Source of the DNA: Fistulifera solaris | Lineage: Eukaryota | Reading direction: 5' to 3' | DNA: 64,000 nt | Assembly (NCBI GenBank): GCA_030295235.1 | Contig: AP026125.1 | Coordinates: forward strand, 496,001-560,000 | Shown: positions 1 through 13,004 of the stretch, piece by piece | How positions within the stretch are numbered: the stretch's first letter is position 1 | How the letters are laid out: the number at the start of each line of letters is the position of its first letter | Position numbers and translations under genes: made by a program | Notes under the pieces: generated by a model | Told to the model about the DNA's origin: nothing | Seen by the model: only the letters and a program-made list of their open reading frames with translations | The model's database searches: none

Positions 1-1273
1 TTGGACTTGCAAGTTTTCTGCTGTAACGGATGTACTTTCAGCGTTAACTTTTAGCGACTCAGCATGACTTTGGAGCTGAGAAAGTTCCTTCGCTGCGTCT
101 GATTTGACTTGTTCTAACTGTTCCTCATGCCTCTTCTGTGCCTGCTCCATGACTTGTTTCCACTTCGTCTCCATCTCATTTCTTATCGCTTCTTCTACCG
201 ATTGCCGTGTTTTTTCAATTTCCGACGCCAATAACGCATTTGATTCGTTTCTGATAGCTTCTAATTGTTCGGCATGATGTTTCTGTAGCTCATCAATAGT
301 GGCCGATTCGGATGCCTCCTTGTTCTGATGCTTCTCTGTTTGTATCGCAAGTTCCGCCTTTAAAGCCTCCATTTCTGTCTGGTGCTCTTTCTGCTTTTGC
401 TCAAGCTCGTTTTTCGCTGCTTCCGCCATTTCCCCTCGAAGCTTCTCCAATTCGGCTGTTCTGGCAACTTGTACCTTATTTTTGAAAGCCAACAACTGGG
501 CTTTCGCCGCCTGCTTTACTTTTTCTACTTCGTCTGCAGTACTCGACGATTGCCCCTGGGCTTCACTCCGTTTCTCCATCTCCGCCTTATGAGACTGTGT
601 CAAAGATTCTTTCAATGCCAGCATTTCTTTCTCGTGTGTTTCTAGCAGCTCCTTCTTTTCCGCCTCCCACGACGAATCCCCTTGTTGACTCTGCTGGCGA
701 AAGTTTTGAAACTCATTTTGCAAGTGCTGCAAGTTCAACGCGTTCTGTTCATCCACCTGTCGCCATGCGGCTTGAAGTTGTAACACCTCATCTTGATCTT
801 CTTTCACGTCTACCATTCCATTCAGAATTTCATCCGTCACCAACGACTTCAGTCGGGCCTTGTCCGTTTCGAGACTTTCGACCTTGGTCGTCAATTGCTG
901 ACGAATCACCGTCAGTGCTTTCACTTTTTATTCATTTTCTGCAAGATCTCCAACAATTCGCTTTTGTCTACGGATTCCGCTTTCGAGGGTGTGGGTACAT
1001 CGACATCGACGACTTCTTTACTTTTGGCCCGTTCCGCCAATTCATTTACTTGGGCAGCCGCTTTCGCCTGTAATTCTTGTGCGGATTGACGCAAGGACGC
1101 ACCGATCGAACTAAAGTTATTGAATCGACCCGCTAAGCCTCCGGAAGGCGTCGGAGATTGCTGCTGTCGACCGTAGATCGGATAATTTGTGTGTGAGAAA
1201 AAGGACCGTCGCGAGATGAATCATCACCGAGGACGATTTTACAACTAAAAAAATACTTTACCTTATCCGACAT
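1..1273 (-). CDS. Long coiled-coil (golgin-like) protein, 5' part; continues beyond the window start
   Basis: ATG at 1273; micro-exon MSDK (1262-1273) followed by a GTAAAG donor. Exon 2 starts at ~1165 and reads QSPTPSGGLAGRFNNFSSIGASLRQSAQELQAKAAAQVNELAERAK..., an E/K/Q-rich heptad pattern running to position 1. Confidence 0.7.
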
Positions 1274-2050
1274 CTCGCGTTGCTCCTTGCTTCTTCTATC
1301 AACTAGATGATGGGAAGACCGAGTAGTAGAGATTGAAAATACAACACTTCAAAAGCCAAACGCCGCTAATGGCTTTGCCAAGCGATGCGATGTCGTCGTG
1401 TTGTGTGCGCGCAAATAAAACGGTCACATTTGCGTTGGCTCATCCTATTGTCGCACAGCTATAGAAATCTCTTGATGTCTCATGGTACCGGGACTGAATA
1501 CTAACGGAGCGAAATCCGAAAAAGTGAAACGTTTCGTTTTGGTGTACCGGCTCGATGATGAAGGGGGGGGTTTGGGGGGTGAGGTTTTTGAAGTCATCAT
1601 TATTTTTCAGGCTATTTTTAGGCTATTTACTATAGTTCAGAAGGTACTAAAAAAAATCGGGCAAGGTTTTTCGACTACTTAGAAAAAGTATAGTCAATTG
1701 CGGTCATTTTTAAGAAGATTACTATTTTGTATTAAAATAGACAGCTAAATTATTTGAAAGAACAAGAAACAGCCTATCTAGTATCGTCTTAATTTGATCA
1801 TGACAGCGTAGAAACATGTAGTGTCTGATGAAAAGTAGCCTATAGCTTCTAACTTTATATGCCGTATTGTAAAGGAGATGTTAGCAATGACTATTTGTAT
1901 TTAATAAATACAATATAAATTTAGCCTATTTCCTACTGAGTTTTGTTTCTTTCTTCTTTGCGGCTTCCGTGATCCGTGATCCATGCGATCTTCACATTCA
2001 TTTCGATGTTCTCTGGTTTTTGTTTTTCGCCGCAACCGTCGTGTATCGTG

Positions 2051-2146
2051 TTCATGCCGTAACATCATTGCATGTGATCCGGAATCGTGCGTTCGCTTTC
2101 ATCTATTCATGCCGTAACATCATTGCATGTGATCCGGAATCGTGCG
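2051..2146. repeat. 41-bp direct repeat, 2 copies (2051-2091, 2106-2146)
   Basis: TTCATGCCGTAACATCATTGCATGTGATCCGGAATCGTGCG occurs twice, period 55. Confidence 0.9.
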
Positions 2147-2199
2147 ATAACTTCGATTTCAACGTTTTTGGATTTAGACCGCGAGTATTATGATCAGCT

Positions 2200-3035
2200 C
2201 TACCAAGAAAAATAGAATCCGAGAAGCGGTGAAGACGAAGCGCGCGAAGTCTCTGTTTGTAGATATGGATGGTGCGTCTGTGGTTGCTAAAAGAAAGCGT
2301 GCTGCATTTGCAACACGCAACTAGATCATCGAAATGCAGCTACGATATCTTTGAAGGCCTTATCAGAAAGGAATTGGTTTACGCCTGATTCTTCGTTAGA
2401 TGTACCAGTTCCATTTTTCAAGAGAGAGTATCAGGTTCCTGCAGATATTACGTCAAGACTATCTACGGAAGAAAGAAGGTTACTATCTAAAGTTATTATA
2501 TCCCCGCGAACGTGCTTTGAAAGGAAAAATCAATCTTTAAATCTATCAATATGTAATTCATGTCATAAGTCAAAAGAAAAGCCACAAAAATCAATTGTCA
2601 ATATTCCCATCGGAAGAGAGCCCGAGAAGTAAAGCCACAAAAATCAATTGTCAATATTCCCATCGGAAGAGAGCCCGAGATTTTAGCTTCGTTAAATGAT
2701 GTTGAGCTTGCTTTAATCACCATGGGAAGAGTTTCACGACATATCTTTACGATTTATGGTGGTGCTCATAAGTCGATGAAGACGTGGCATAAGATGTATG
2801 TCAATGATGTTAGTCATACAATTGCGGCGCTGAATACGTTAGAAGTTGCTATCGCAAGACCTACTATTTTCTGTGTCCTGTCGGGCCCGTTTACTCCTCA
2901 ACAAAAAGCGAAAGCTTTGAGGATCGTCGCGATTCATTCACGATCAACAATCATTCACGGATTCACTTTTACGCCTCATACTAGGCGCAAGCCCACAATC
3001 GGATCGTTTATCATCTCCGGCATCTTTTAGACTAG
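2200..3035 (+). mobile_element. Decayed Helitron-like coding remnant (CxxC...CxxC followed by a DUF6570-like segment)
   Basis: Joined frames read ACCICNTQLD...ICNSCHKSKEKPQKSIVNIPIGREPEILASLNDVELALITMGRV...GGAHKSMKTWHKMYVNDV...CVLSGPFTPQQK. This matches the C..C...P..S..N..G..P..L..L...E..LI pattern found N-terminal to Rep/helicase in Helitron-like proteins. It is interrupted by a 50-bp duplication and truncated; no Rep or helicase domain is visible. Confidence 0.55.
2578..2680. repeat. 50-bp tandem duplication (2578-2627, 2631-2680)
   Basis: AAAGCCACAAAAATCAATTGTCAATATTCCCATCGGAAGAGAGCCCGAGA occurs twice; the 53-bp period disrupts the Helitron-like frame. Confidence 0.9.
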
Positions 3036-3161
3036 GACGACCCTTTTACAAATTTGCCACATAAATATCTGATCATTAACTAAATTCTAATAGTAGTAAA
3101 AATATTCACCGAAGAACATGAGAGCGGCAGAAAAGATACCAGGTAAGCATATTCACGCTTC

Positions 3162-4551
3162 CTATTTCTTCTTTTTCGTCCTTAACGATCGGAAACTCGG
3201 CTTCTTCTTGCTCTTTACCGCGGTTGCTACAGTTGGTATCAACGGCATAACTGCAGTGTCATGGTTCTCCTCCTCTTCAAAGGGCGGATCATCTATAGTG
3301 ATTTCTGGCTCTACAAAAGGCTCCGCTGGTGTCGGAGCAGCCAGGCGTTGCTCTTTTAGAGCATCCTCCTCCAGTACTTCTTCCTCGTCTTTGGCGCGGG
3401 GATCGTAGGGAGGATTCAACAAAAGAGTATTAGATTCATTTTCATCCGATTCCGGTGGGTCTTTGGTATTTTGATCAACCGTCACCAATGGTTCATAGAT
3501 TCGTTTCTTTTCTTCTTCCGTGAGTTGGAAAACAGACAAATCTGAAACACAAGAACGATATAAAACAGAGTGAGTCTTTCCCTGTTCGTTGCCCTCTGTA
3601 AAAAACATATTGACGTACCCAGATCCGCGCGCGTCGAAGGATCCAGTGCCTTTTCAATCAGCCGCGGATTCCGAATCAACTCGGCTTGATACTTTCGTTT
3701 CAACTGTTTCCGCGTTCTCTTTTCTTGAAAGAATGCTTCCATCGTACCAAAATCGGTCCCGACTTGTCGGAGCGCTTGATAAAAAGTCGAGTCTGATCGG
3801 CCGTCCATCGCTGCGACTTGTTGCGATTCGTAAACGAATGCGCCGTGGCACCGACGACGGCCAGCTGGGCTTCTTCTTCCACCACCGACGCATCTTCGTC
3901 CGCCCGGTTGGCCCGATTGATGACGACACTACTTTCTTGCAACACAATTTCTCCATTCACAATTTGGACGACGGGACCCGCCGTCTCGTCCCGGACTTCG
4001 CGGTGTTCTCGATGCGGGGCGGGTGTTTCTTTCGCTGCAGTACCTTTTTTGCGTTTCACTTTAAATTGACTGCAAAATGTTGTCAAGCGGGGACGATCGC
4101 CGGGATCTTTGGCCAATATGGCCTCGTCCATTTCATCCATGGCCTTGGTGTCTTCGACAGTAAAGACTCGTGTGGTCGCTGGTGTCGGAAGCGGCTCCTC
4201 GATGGCGGTCTCGGATGCTTCGACAGTTGTTGTTGTGTGAGGCCGTAAAGGTCCGACGGAAACGGCAATCTTCTTGGATTTTTTGGGACGAATGCGTGGC
4301 CGTACTGCTTTGGGTGGAGGAGCCAAAGGCAGCATTTCCGGTTCGTCTTCCGGATTCAAGTCCTCAGGAAATTCTTCTTCTTCTGCAATGGGTTGTTGTT
4401 GCTCTTCCAAAGCGTGGCTCACGTCGGAATTCGTGCGCTGTTTGTGGACCGCCTTGACATTCGTCAAACTGGTGGGTCGAAAATTGCGTTTTCGTTTTTT
4501 ACCCGTTTGGATCACGTGATGTAGCGGCGTGAGGGCAGCTTCGTCGGACAT
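3162..4551 (-). CDS. BDP1: TFIIIB B'' subunit-like protein (SANT/Myb domain)
   Basis: NGEIVLQESSVVINR...RWTADQTRLF/YQALRQVGTDFGTMEAFF...RTRKQLKRKYQAE..RNPRLIEKAL is the Bdp1 SANT signature. There is a frameshift at the A run 3781-3785 and an intron at ~3543-3618. Confidence 0.8.
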
Positions 4552-4976
4552 TATGGATTCTTTAACAAGTTTATATGGTAATGATCATCGAAGAAAGCAA
4601 AAAAGAGTCTCCTTTGTTGATTATTGTTGAGACTTTAGGAATGAAGAGTGCTGTTTTTATAATGTGCTGTGTGCTGTGCGTTGTGCGCTACAAACTACAA
4701 AACCGAAACGAAAGGAGCAAAAAATTGTCGTATGTCCGTCCGGTATACACGAAATAGTCCGAGAACGTTTTAGATCGTACTTATGAGAACCGCTAAGACT
4801 AGTAAGACGTCAGCGACACGCTTTCTTTTCTCGTTTTCTCTCCCCAACATTTTTCCAACGCTTTCGTTTTTTCTTGTAGTGAAATCATCGTTTTGCAATA
4901 TAGAACAAAAACAAATAGAGATTATAAATATTCGTTTGATCCGGTTGACTGCTCAACACAAAAGAATGTTTTGAAA

Positions 4977-6032
4977 ATGGGCAGAATAGGGAACACGTGT
5001 GCAATACTTCTCTTCTCCTCTTTCCTACAAAGAGCGAAAGGATGGCAAGGAGGGTCACTCCATTTTCGCCTGGCAATGCCAAATGTTCGGTCACTCCGAC
5101 GACTTTCGTCCAGTGACTTGGAGCACACGGAACGAATCGATCCTCTTACATTTAATCCCGAACTAGGAAGCACTCGATCGGGTCGAAACCGAAAATGTGC
5201 GATTGCAACAGACGTTAGACAATCGGATCATCTTAGAAGTTTTTGAAGGAGAATCGAGAATGAAACGCGATTTGGCGAATTCGGGAGATTCCGTAACATT
5301 GACGGCCGAAAACATGCTGGGGGAAGAGACCTATTTGCAGGACGAGGAGTGTTTGTTGGAGGATCCCGATAGTTGTCCCATTGAGCCGCAGATACCGTTT
5401 GGTGAAGCACTCCGTGATCGAGCGTTTTGGTTGGTGGGTCTTTTGGCGATGCAGTCCTGTAGTGGCTTCATTCTCGCGAACAATGAGGCGCTACTCGGAA
5501 ATCATCCGATCAGTAAGTACTTACGGATCGTGTTGTGTTTGTATATAATATTCTACGTCCTTTCCATTGACATGCGATTAAAGTTGTCTATTTCTTGACC
5601 ATGTTGGTGGGAGCGGGCGGCAACGCCGGCAACCAAGCGAGTGTACGAGTCATACGAGGATTGGCATTAGGGACTTTGAACAAAGACACACAACGCCAGT
5701 TTTTGGTGCGCGAATTCAAAATGGCGTGTGCCTTATCGATGATTCTTTCACTGACAGGATTCATTCGCGCCGCTGTCTTTCGAACACCGTTTCCGGAAAC
5801 GATTGCTGTTACGACTGCCCTGGCGTTGATTGTCTTTAGCAGCATTTGTCTTGGTGCTGTGTTGCCGCTCTTTCTCAAAGCTTTAGGTGTTGATCCGGCG
5901 CACAGTAGTACAACCATCCAGGTTGTCATGGATATTCTAGGGGTTCTGCTTTGTGTGTTCGTCTCGAGCATTGTCCTCGACAGTCCGCTGGGTGCCCTGC
6001 TTGTTTCACGGCTGTCCTTTGGTGCCGCATGA
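4977..6032 (+). CDS. MgtE/SLC41-type Mg2+ transporter (integral membrane domain)
   Basis: DRAFWLVGLLAMQS, MLVGAGGNAGNQASVRVIRGLA and GVDPAHSSTTIQVVMDILG motifs. Intron 5513-5583; frameshift near 5160-5190. Confidence 0.85.
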
Positions 6033-6378
6033 TACAGGTTGAGATCATAATATATTACTGACTAGATTGACTCAATAGAATCCTCGGGTATGCTTGAATT
6101 ATAATAGAGGAGTGTGTAACTAAACTGACGCCGGTTATTCGGGTTTTTGTAGTTCACAATAGGGCAAAAGGTTTCCTACTAGTGTTTCGGCTCATAATAA
6201 TTACAAACACAAGTGGTTAGTCCGTCAACCGATTACAAACCCAAACCACGAAAAATTTGAAAGAAAAATGTTGGAATGAATACGACGCTGAATAGACCGC
6301 GATGATACCTTATTCTCAATGTTCGACTAAATAGCAGATTTTAAAAGCGTATTAAGCATCGTTGACTCAACTCTATAA

Positions 6379-7740
6379 ATGTGGCGCGGAGAAGATTTTA
6401 ATGAGAACGGCGAAGCGGTTCGACTCTACCAGCCGATTCTGTACGGCAAGAAACCGGTCCAAGAGGATCTGACTTGTTCGTTCATCGGAGGACAGTCGTC
6501 TACACCCCTTCCATGCAGCTCTTGTCAAGATTCTATGTATCTTCTCGTGCAGCTCTACATACCATCGCAGTCTTCGCCTTTTACGAAGAACAGAACGCTG
6601 CAAATTTATTGCTGCAATCGAGCGTCCTGCACAGAGGCACTATTTCTTCCCAAAGAAAAGGGAAAGCTCGTAGATGGAGGTGGCGTTGTTGTCTGTAAAC
6701 GCATCGTGACAGAAGCAAGTTTGGCCCCACCAAAAGAGGTCAAAGGCGATGATTGGGATGCACCCGATACCAATGATTGGACGGTAGAATCTGTCGACGA
6801 AGAAGGAGAAATGCAGTCCCTCGAGGCCAAGCTGGCCGCCATGGAGACAATGCCGACAAAATCAAAAGCTGTTGTACAAAAGAATAAGCCCGTTGAATCC
6901 GGCAATGCCTTTCCGAGTTTCTTGATTCATTCACAACAGGAACCTCCGGCTCTGAGACCTGTCGAAGATGAAGACGACGTCGGCATGACGGGTTCCGATG
7001 ATAAGATACAAAAAATGCTGGAAAAATATATGATGGAAGAAGAGGACGAAGAAATTTTGACAGCACTTCGTGGCGTAGGATCATCGAGTGGTGGTAGTCG
7101 CGGTGGAGAAAAGGATGAACGTCTTTCAGCAGCCGATCGAGCCATACTGACGTTTTCTGATCGTCTCAAACGTTCGCCCCGTCAAGTCGTACGCTACGCC
7201 TACAATGGGGTGCCGCTGTGGTCCATGTAAGTGTGTTTTTGTTGTGAACGTTTGTGGTTGTTATCGGGTGCTCATCGCATCGTTCTCTCTAGTCCTATCG
7301 AGAGCCCTATTGAAGAAAACAAACACATTCCGCAACGAGCCAAGGCCAAAAAAGCCGCTGCCGCACGCAATAGGGAGCCGGTGATACCCGCGTGTCGATG
7401 TGGTTCCCCCCGAGTCTTTGAACTGCAAATTCTCCCTTCACTGTTGCATGTTTTGGAAGTCGACAAAGCTGCCACCGGGACTGATCTGGGATCACTGTAC
7501 AATTGTGGAATGAATTGGGGCAATTTATGCGTCTATTCGTGTCCTCGTTCGTGCTCAGAGTCGGATTCGGAATTTGTGGTGGTACAAGAATCCGTAGATG
7601 AGAAGCCGGCGGAAGCTCGACGCGCTCTGCAGGACGTTGTTATTCAGGAAGATTCTCAATTCGCAGACGAAGATGAAGACGAGGACGAGGATGAAGGTGG
7701 CGACGAAAGTGACGAGGAAATGGACGATGATGAATGCTAG
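6379..7740 (+). CDS. PDCD2/PDCD2L (Tsr4-like) family protein
   Basis: CSSC..MYLLVQLY.P...RTLQIYCC, PRQVVRYAYNGVPLW and CRCGSPRVFELQILP...MNWGNLCVYSC motifs. Intron 7227-7292. Confidence 0.85.
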
Positions 7741-8229
7741 TTTATTTCTTAGCTCTTTCAAAATGTTATCTTCATTAGACGTAGGCAATATTGATGATGA
7801 AGGAAGCATCCAATGACTCTCTAATAATTAATAGACGCTTGTCTTGCGTGCATGTTCGAAAAAAATTAGTAGTAATTGGGTGCAATAAGGCAAACCGTGA
7901 ACACAACCACTGTGACATAATTTTTACAAATTTTGCATTTCTCTTGCGCGCCTGTCAGCCCAGCCCCGTACGGAATTTCCCTCCACGAAAAAAGGAGGGA
8001 AAACGACGCTGCAGGCGTTTGGGGGAAACGCATCATCGCGAGGCGTGAAAGGAAGTAGAAAAGCGACCTTCCACCATTCATTCCTTCGTGATGCTTTGAA
8101 AGCGGGTTATTATTTACGAAAGAAAGGACGCGGGGAATCGACAGCGCATTGCGGTACTTATTTCACAGAGCGACACTTTGCGCACAGAGCAAGAACATCC
8201 AAGGATCGTCAACAAAAAACAATTCGACC

Positions 8230-11200
8230 ATGGACAGCTCGCACTGGAATGCGACACGCGCCAAGCAAGAGCCACTGCACCAACCCAATTACAGTTTCGC
8301 TTGCGTACCAAAAGCCCGGCCAGACTTGCAAGGATCGTCCTTGCAACGCATCGATGATCGTCAGCATTTATTGAAAAGCATGGCGGAAATGTTGCTCCTC
8401 TGCAAGGAAGCGACCCGACGCCGGCCCACGGGCAAAGGCTCCGGAAGTAAGCCCTTGTCGCTCGAGTACATGGCGGACCGCTTGGACATCGATGATCCCC
8501 TCTTCGGTTACGTCATTCGTACGAACGAAAATTTGGAGCAGCACGAAAGTTGGAAGAAGGGCATGTTGCAGGGCTTTATTACGGTGACGACGTTTACCAA
8601 CTGGCAACGAACGTTTCGTTGGGATTCTTCGTTAGAAGCGGCGTTTGATCCGGATACGTTGGAGGAGCGTGTTTGGGATAGTACGAACCAACTGGCGAGG
8701 GAGCTTCAGTCCACCGTTCGATTCGGTAATATTTGGGAAGAAGGTGTGGTGTGGCCTCGCATTGCCGAAATTTCGCTATTAGGTGCACTGGGATGCGGCA
8801 GGGTAAGTTAACTGAGAATGTTGTATTTACTGCTTGTGGTATTTTGCTATATTTTTGACTCACGAATGTCCTGAATTGAATGCTGGACAGGCTTTGGTAG
8901 CTTTAGTGATTGAGGAACTGGAGCGTATGAAAGCGTCCGGAAAAGCCAATTATGATTACGTCGTCTTGCAAGCAACAGATAATTCCATTCCTTTTTATGA
9001 ATCGATGGGCTTTGTCCGTGTGGGTGCCGTTACATCCGTCGACGAAGCGGAGCAAAACAAACGATTCTATGAAGATGCGCACGAGTCGTCAAACGAAGTA
9101 ACCGCGGAGGTGTTACCCGATCGTTCCCCAGAAAAGCCTTCGGCACTGGCTATTCCGAACCATTTTGTCAAGTCGGAGCTTACCACATACAAAACAGCCA
9201 AGGCAGGAACTACTCTAGCCGACGTTGCCAAGCGATGCCGAGCGGATGTGTGGGATATTATTTTTCTAAACAAGAACACGTACGGTGATTTGACACCGAG
9301 TAGTCGACTATTGGCAGATACGATACTCTATGTTCCCGCGAAATTCGATTCTTCCAGTTCGCCTCGTAAAGAACGTTTCACGAGACAGTCCGAAACCGAG
9401 ACTCCACAATATTACACAGCAAAGGAGAATGATACGCCACGCCTAATCGCAAAAATGTTTGGTGTAAACTGCCTCGATCTGGTGGAAGCGAATAAGGTCC
9501 GACTACCAGGGTTAATATCCAATTCGAGACTTAAGAATGGCACCAAAGTTAAAGTCTCGCATCTCGATCAACCGGAGGTCGCTTACAAACCTTATGCTCA
9601 TTGGTCATTCCCCGACGATAGCTTCGAGGAAGGCGAGCCCAGTTATATGATGGCTCGCAAGCTGGAACGACGCCGAGGAAATGACGCACGAGAGCGCCCG
9701 TTTGCCGCATCTCTGGCGGTCAGCGTGTCCAACTACGAACCAACCGACCTTTTGCTTCCTCCATCACCCTCACCTGTCAAAATCAGAGAAAGACATTCCA
9801 GTGTCCACAAGAATCGACGTAAATCTCTTCCGAATGAGCCGGTGCGACCCAAGAAGCCGATGGGATCGTACTTTTTCTTTGCAACGGAACAAAGGCAAAT
9901 TTATAAAGATCAGTTTGAAGGCAAAACTACCGGTGAGGTTTCGAAGATCTTAGCCGACGAATGGAAGGTTTTACTGGAAGACGAAAAGCAGAAATACGTT
10001 GAAATGGCCGCGAATGCTAAAGCGGAGTATGATGAAGCGAAGATAGTGTACGAAAAGGAGCTGGCGGCTTATCGCGCTGCCAATACATCTCAAGTTGATT
10101 CCGAATCCTCTGAAGCTGCAAAAGAAGACTACGCGACCCAAAAGAAGATTGATTTATTCAATAAAGTTGTCAAGCTAAAGCCTCAAGCTATCACTGAAGG
10201 TTCTGAATACCAATACTGGTAAGTTGGCTTTGACATGTCTGATGTGGTGCGAAGTGTTTATCATTTTCTCCCTAACAATAGTTCGCAGGTATGTACTCAC
10301 TTACATTCCTGATTTGAAATGGTGCCACTTGGCGCCCATGGTTCAGGTTGGCGTATTTAGTTCCGATAAAACAAAGGCCGCAGGTCGTCCAAAGTATATG
10401 TTGGTTGACGAAAGCTTGGGCAAAGAAGTCGACATCGCTGCTAGTTTTTGCATTCCCGTAAAGGCTCGTTTCATGAAACGTACACTTGATGCGGATAAAG
10501 AAGAATGGGATGTTATGGATGACATGACGGATTGCGTCTCGTCGAAACGTCGCTGCTCGATCGGTGCAGGTTCTTCTACTGCTAGTAAGAAAAGTGTTTC
10601 TTCTCAGGTCCTTGTCGCAAAGTATCCAGGTAGTTCCGCACTGGTTACGGTACGTTTGGTATGCGTAGATGATGAAAGCCAAACGTCTCCGCAGCGAAAA
10701 CGAGGCAGACCGATGGGATCGAAAAATCGCTCAACTCCGCCGCCGCGCCGAATCAGTGAAAGTGAGACATCCCCTGCAAGTCTTTCATCGGAATCGTCGC
10801 TTTCGACATTGAATCTTGACTTCTTTATCTCAAACACGAAGAAAAAAGCTTCTTCTGGGCCCATTGCCAAGCAGCCCAAGAAAAGAAGCACAACTGCTAC
10901 GACATCTAAAACAAAGGCCTCAAAGAAGGCCACGTCGTCAAAGCAGAAGAGCAAGTCCAACGTTTTGCCACCGTTAACCCCAGAGTCGAGTAGAAAGAGG
11001 CTTTTAGCTTCCTCATCAGCCGAACCATCTTCAAAACGAGCTAGACGAAGCGCTGCTCCTCGGTTTCTTGGAGAAACAGTTATTGAATTTGACGATAAGT
11101 CAGACAAGATCCCCTACAACCCACCGAAAAAGGCGGGTCAACGTGCAACAGACAAGTCCACCACTCCTGATATTCCATTAGTTTCGGGCTTCAAAACTAA

Positions 11201-11492
11201 CACAACCCGCTTGAAGAGGAAGTCGGAGGACATTTCGACTAAAGATCCTAGCAAGACCGTCCAAAAGTCGGTTGCTACGACAAGCAAACGCTGGCATCCG
11301 TTTCGAGAGACGAGAAACGGAAAACTCACACCTAGAACTAGGAGATCCGAAAATCAACCTTCCCCAGCTGTCCTTCGAGTGTCTCCTCGCATTCTCAACT
11401 CAAAGGACAATGTGATCGATGAAAAACCGAAAGCCAAGCCGACTCTTTATGAAGTCATCAGCAGAAAACGATCTGTCGGGAATCATGGTTAA
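8230..11492 (+). CDS. GNAT-like acetyltransferase with 2 LysM-like repeats, an HMG box and an AT-hook-like motif
   Basis: GNAT motifs (EISLLGALGCGRALV...VVLQATDNSIPFYESMGF). LysM-like repeats (TTLADVAKRCRADVWDIIFLN; YTAKENDTPRLIAKMFGVNCLDLVEAN). HMG box (PKKPMGSYFFFATEQR...LADEWK...EKQKY). RKRGRP motif. Introns 8803-8890 and 10219-10288. Confidence 0.8.
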
Positions 11493-11544
11493 ACTTCCGG
11501 AGCAGAAAGAGACAACTATCTTTAATTTAGCAATTTAGTTAGAC

Positions 11545-12696
11545 TTACTTCTCTCTATTCGAGTGTTTCTCAGATGGAACCAATGCCGCTAGTTCTCTTT
11601 GAAGTTCTAGAAGACCACCGCAAGGTTTTCCATCTTGACTCGTTGTAACAACCGCACGAGCACTGACGAGCATGACGGGTAGTCTACCGGCTTCGCGCCG
11701 CAAAGTATCCGAAAGCTGTTCGCGCACCAGTCGCACCCGTCGAGCAAGGTCAGCTTGATGCACCAAATCGCATTTTGTAAGCACCACTTGAATGGGCGGC
11801 AGTGTCTTCTTCTTATTGTTAGCGGAATCTTTATAGACAAGTTCGTCTTCCAACAAGGTCAGAAAATCGATGTCCGCTTTCTTCATCCCATGTCGGGCAT
11901 CAATCAGTAACAAAATACGTTTCAAATGCCCCTGTCGCTGTTTCAGAAACGAAAAGATAAGTTCGTCGACGGTTTTCTTGGTTTCTTCGGAAGCATACGC
12001 AAACCCGTAACCGGGCAAATCCACCAAACAGAGGCGACATGTGCTATCTTCTCCACTCGACAAGTGATAAAAGGTAACGTGTTTCGTTTCCCCCGGTTTA
12101 TTGGACGTAACGGCTTTGATCCCTCTCGGTAATTCGATCGTTTGAATGCGGGATCGTCTCCCCGCTCTTCCTCCCTCCTGTTGTCGATTCTCGTTTCGAT
12201 TTGCGTACAGCAACGTGTTCAAAAGAGTGGATTTGCCCACATTGGATCGTCCAATCAAAGCAATTTCTGGACGCTCTTTGTGAACAGGAGGAAAGCCCAT
12301 GTTTTCATCGAGTGTATTGACAGCGCTGACCGATGCAATCACACGAACAGGAGAAGCATTGGGACCGAACGGCAAGGGAACCTTCCAGGACGTCGGATTG
12401 TTGGCATTCGAAACTTCGTCCGGAGTATTATCATTTCGTCGATTTTTTCTTCGTCTAGGAGGAATTCCCACTCCAACGGAAGTGATGTATTTCAGTATAG
12501 AAGGATCCACGGGGGTATCTCGAAATTGCTGTTTTTGACTCTTTCCGACGGCCGTGTCGGTAGTAAACGAAAGCAGATGCGGACGGGAGGAGAACAGCGT
12601 CCGTCGTAGCATCGGCGCGCCACGAAGCACAAAGCCTCGCAGATGCGACTTCATTGTTGTTTTGTTCCGTTTGAAGCCGCTCAACGATGGCCGCAA
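11545..12696 (-). CDS. engB: EngB/YsxC/YihA ribosome-biogenesis GTPase, organelle-targeted
   Basis: PEIALIGRSNVGKSTLLN (G1), KPGET (G2), LVDLPGYGFA (G3) and LTKCD (G4). Arg-rich N-terminal presequence. Confidence 0.9.
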   Translation of the reverse strand: MRPSLSGFKRNKTTMKSHLRGFVLRGAPMLRRTLFSSRPHLLSFTTDTAVGKSQKQQFRDTPVDPSILKYITSVGVGIPPRRRKNRRNDNTPDEVSNANNPTSWKVPLPFGPNASPVRVIASVSAVNTLDENMGFPPVHKERPEIALIGRSNVGKSTLLNTLLYANRNENRQQEGGRAGRRSRIQTIELPRGIKAVTSNKPGETKHVTFYHLSSGEDSTCRLCLVDLPGYGFAYASEETKKTVDELIFSFLKQRQGHLKRILLLIDARHGMKKADIDFLTLLEDELVYKDSANNKKKTLPPIQVVLTKCDLVHQADLARRVRLVREQLSDTLRREAGRLPVMLVSARAVVTTSQDGKPCGGLLELQRELAALVPSEKHSNREK

Positions 12697-13004
12697 TGCA
12701 CCTTTGATTTTGTTTGTTTTGACGCGTGCAACATGGCAGTAACTTTTTTCACAAAAATAAAACGCAACCGGACAGCCTCATGACTGAAAGCAGTCTTGGC
12801 GAGGGATTTTACATAACCTACAGTTTATGGCTATAGTCAAATTTAAATCGCACGGTCTGATAGGGATTTTGGGTGTCAATGATCCAGGGCTGAATTGCCG
12901 ACGCTAGGAGAAACAATGTCATCTTCATTCTGAAATGGTTTTTCAATGAAAGGGCGACCCTTGGTTGACTCTTCGTTGGGCCCGGACGTTCTTTTGCTCA
13001 TAGT

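Noticed and set aside
382..1089. Plus-strand ORFs at the window start
   Set aside because: They are antisense to the coiled-coil gene on the minus strand.
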